A stretch of 63,302 bases of DNA, counting the filler, from Octopus bimaculoides (lineage: Eukaryota): assembly GCF_001194135.2 (NCBI RefSeq). It is 5 parts of 5 records of this genome, joined end to end, with 100 filler letters (N's around TTAATTAATTAA, not from the genome) between each part and the next. Parts side by side here need not be neighbours in the genome. Positions count along the whole stretch, not along the records: positions 60,496 to 63,302 come from NC_068991.1; 4 more parts are not named here. One strand, written 5' to 3'. Position numbers and translations under genes: made by a program. The stretch's first letter is position 1. Every line of letters begins with the position of its first letter. Positions 62,910 to 63,302 of this stretch are shown here, one piece after another. Below the pieces are notes generated by a model. That model saw only the letters and a program-made list of their open reading frames with translations. It did not search any database and was not told the origin of the DNA.

Positions 62910-63302
62910 GAGTCTTCATACTGGTCTTTGTAAACATATAAACATATTCTTTATATATTCATATGATTATGTATGCTTGTATTTATATATGAATGTTGTA
63001 TTTATGTATGAATGAGTGGATGCATGCATGTATGCATATACCTATTGTGCATATGACTGCATGTGTGTATGCATGCATTGAGCGATAATAAGAAACTGCA
63101 TGTATATATGTGTGTGTGTGTGTGTGTGTTCGTGTATCAATGTATTTATGTATGCATTCTGTCAACGCTTTGTTTGCAATGTCCTGTACCCAGATATGCA
63201 TCTATATATACATGTAGATGTAAGTATGTAGATACATGTACGTATATATGCATATACTCATTTATTATTTGTATGATATATATATATATATATATATATA
63301 TA

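Overview
AT-rich, repeat-dense animal genomic DNA from a fragmented draft assembly, with many N gaps and four N44-TTAATTAATTAA-N44 linkers. The SINE families and microsatellite load look like an Octopus (coleoid cephalopod) genome; that species call is an inference. No intact gene could be named, and most listed ORFs are microsatellite or gap artefacts. The window holds at least four dispersed SINE families (my labels A, B, C, D), five mariner remnants, two piggyBac-type MITEs, a Gypsy gag fragment with a tRNA-Trp primer-binding site, decayed LINEs (RTE, Jockey/I-like, R4/Dong-like, Tx1/L1, CR1-like) and a 5S rRNA pseudogene. About 9-37.6 kb is visibly CpG-depleted and contains several splice-flanked candidate exons, suggesting an unidentified multi-exon gene. 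Highlights: (1) a 45/48-bp tandem array at 21.05-21.58 kb that is an amplification of the YADD catalytic-motif segment of an old LINE reverse transcriptase, with 4-mer higher-order structure; (2) two near-perfect local inverted copies of unique sequence (15134-15269 to 22733-22868 and 28744-28970 to 30266-30492) that could form long pre-mRNA duplexes (ADAR substrates); (3) a CR1-like LINE 3' end shared with the SINE B tail; (4) a degenerate Penelope-type hammerhead motif; (5) two pre-miRNA-sized hairpins.
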